DNA from: Oculina patagonica
Taxonomy: Eukaryota
DNA: 64,000 nucleotides
Direction of reading: 5' to 3'
NCBI RefSeq assembly: GCF_052425735.1
Contig: NC_135770.1
Location: 31,992,001 to 32,056,000, forward strand
Part shown: one piece after another, positions 62,178 to 64,000 of the stretch
Position numbering within the stretch: the stretch's first letter is position 1
How the letters are laid out: each line of letters begins with the position of its first letter
The notes under the pieces: generated by a model
Told to the model about the DNA's origin: nothing
The model's database searches: none
Seen by the model: only the letters and a program-made list of their open reading frames with translations
Position numbers and translations under genes: made by a program

Positions 62178-64000
62178 ATGAACGAAGAGAGGGAAGCGAT
62201 AGCTGAGCTGCCTAACAGCGGTGGCAAACAGGGTCAGCAGATTTCAAGACTTCATTGTAAAAATGAGGAAGAATTAGAAAAGGACTTAGCAACATTGTCA
62301 GCTCTTCCTTTCAAAGATGAAATCCAACGGGCTTCCTTTCTTGAACATGTTCAACGTTTGCAGGGCTATCACATCATTCAGCTCTTCAATTTTGGCGTAG
62401 TTCCACTTCAAAGATCTTTGGCAGAATCTTCAGCTGATATTATACAAGAAGTTAACAAGCTTGTTGAAATTTGCCTTTCTTTTTGCTACACCCCTGACGT
62501 GTCAAATCGAGTTGCTTTTGATTATTACATTAGAGCTTTGAAATTCTGCTTCCCTTTTGACCCAAAGGAATGCCTATCAACTGCAGTTGTTTCTAAGTTA
62601 CTCCAACTCGTTCAGATCTTTCAGGAAGGGAAGCTTGCTGATATAACCGATGACAAAACTAAGTGTCAGGCCAGTTTCGTGAAGTTTCAATTGAACGGCA
62701 CCAATTATTTCTTCTGTGAACTCCTCCACATATTTGAATCGAGGCGACACGGGGGCCACCTTGAGGAAATCATTGATGAAACATTAAGGATAGCTTCGGT
62801 AGATGCCAGACATGCAACCACGGACTTGGCTTTGCAAACCCTTGAACATGTGGTTTCTCCAGTTTTCGTGAGAAATTGGATGAATCTACTGTCTTCAACG
62901 CATGTAAGTTGTGGTTTTGCAGTCCGTTTAGCAAAGGCTGACAGTTTAAGTTGCACGGACCAATCAACCATTTGCTATTTCGTAAGTGTATCAGAAGATT
63001 CGAAGAAAAACGGCATTGAAGTTAGCCTACCCTGTGACAAAGAAAGGTTGGATATATATTCAACCATTTAAAACACTTCTTGGTCCATCGTGACATGGCA
63101 ACGACATCACTTAAGCTCTTAGCAGCCATGGACGTCAGCAACAAAGTCCTAAGAGAGGTTCTCGACCAGTTCTGTTACAAAGAGGCAGTGGCTTCTGACT
63201 GCAGAGAAATAGCATTCAAGCTTATCTTTAAAGTCTTATCTTTAGTTCCAGACGGTGAACTGGTGAAGAAAGTTTTGAATTTTTGGAGAGAAGCATTTCC
63301 TGCTGACCCAGAGTACCAAGCTCTTGTGTGCTTGTTGGCGCTCTTTGTGCAAAAAACAAACAACGAAACCTTTTGTTTGCATGAAGAAGCAGAAAAGATA
63401 TTTGATTTCGTTGAAGGCCTTCCTCACCGTTTGTTTCCTTTGATAAGCCTTTGGCAAAGGTTCCTGTGGTGGTTTATAAAGATGTTTCCAGCTACGTTTC
63501 AAAGGCGTCCAGAGGTATTATCTTTCATTAACAAAGCAGCTCAACTTGCCCCTCGAGTGCCAGTCGAGGAACGCAGAGCTTGCGATATTAGAGGACAGAT
63601 TCATATAACGCTTCAGTTTTTACAATGGGTTTCTGAACAAAACTGCACTGAAGAAATGAGAAGCGAGATGATTCAGCTTCTCTTGTGTTGTACAGGCGAA
63701 GAAAGCTTCGAGGGGTTGTTTGCAATTGACACTTGGGTCATCAAATCGTTATGCTTGTGCACGCGATTGGCATTCAGCACCAAGGAACAAATTATACGCG
63801 AACTTACCTATTTAGCCCCATTTCTCAAACAACAGGAGAAAACCGTTGTCAATAATTTCATTGAAAACATAACAAATCGAACTCTTGAATATACAGAAAA
63901 AATCTTGCTTGAATTTCTTGATTTTATCAAACGCTCCGTTGACGGCCAGAACCCCAACGCCATTCCTGAAGACATCATGAAGATTCTATCAATGCTGTCA
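62178..64000 (+). CDS. Tandem paralog of the giant protein (5' part), with a 1-nt frameshift near 63058; runs off the window end
   Basis: Shares LPFKDEIQ..SFLEHVQ.LQGYHII.LFNFGV and RVAFDYY.RALKFCFP with the 49950 ORF. After the shift, FNHLKHF...TSLKLLAA...VLREVLDQF...TFQRRPEVL continues in an apparently open frame. Confidence 0.75.

Overview
AT-rich animal genomic DNA with spliced genes and dense small TIR elements. The repeat landscape resembles a cnidarian, probably a stony coral (inference). Two conserved genes lie on the minus strand: the 5' part of a GALNT2-like O-GalNAc transferase (689-2381) and a complete 8-exon ZIP9/SLC39A9 zinc transporter (36904-46920). Between them sits a tandem array of an uncharacterised intronless multi-pass membrane protein family: two intact ~750 aa genes, one 5'-deleted copy and one copy with homopolymer frameshifts and an Asn/Pro repeat. 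Its members have a signal peptide, a Cys-rich ectodomain with a hypervariable segment, a conserved cytosolic GYxxPhi motif and, in the two intact copies, PDZ-type C-termini. Head-to-head with ZIP9 is a ~2157 aa helical protein gene (5.5 kb first coding exon plus 5 small exons) whose spliced C-terminal module looks like a bacterial-type, possibly PcfJ/GNAT-like domain; a tandem paralog begins at 62178. Mobile DNA includes a Penelope-like retroelement with an inverted pLTR and minimal hammerhead motifs, a Ginger1-like element nested in a Harbinger-type MITE at a gene promoter, and hAT-, P-, Kolobok-, Tc1/mariner- and Academ-like MITEs with visible target-site duplications (TSDs). A segmental duplication carries a ZIP9 last-exon fragment. 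No database searches were run; family assignments come from motif recognition.
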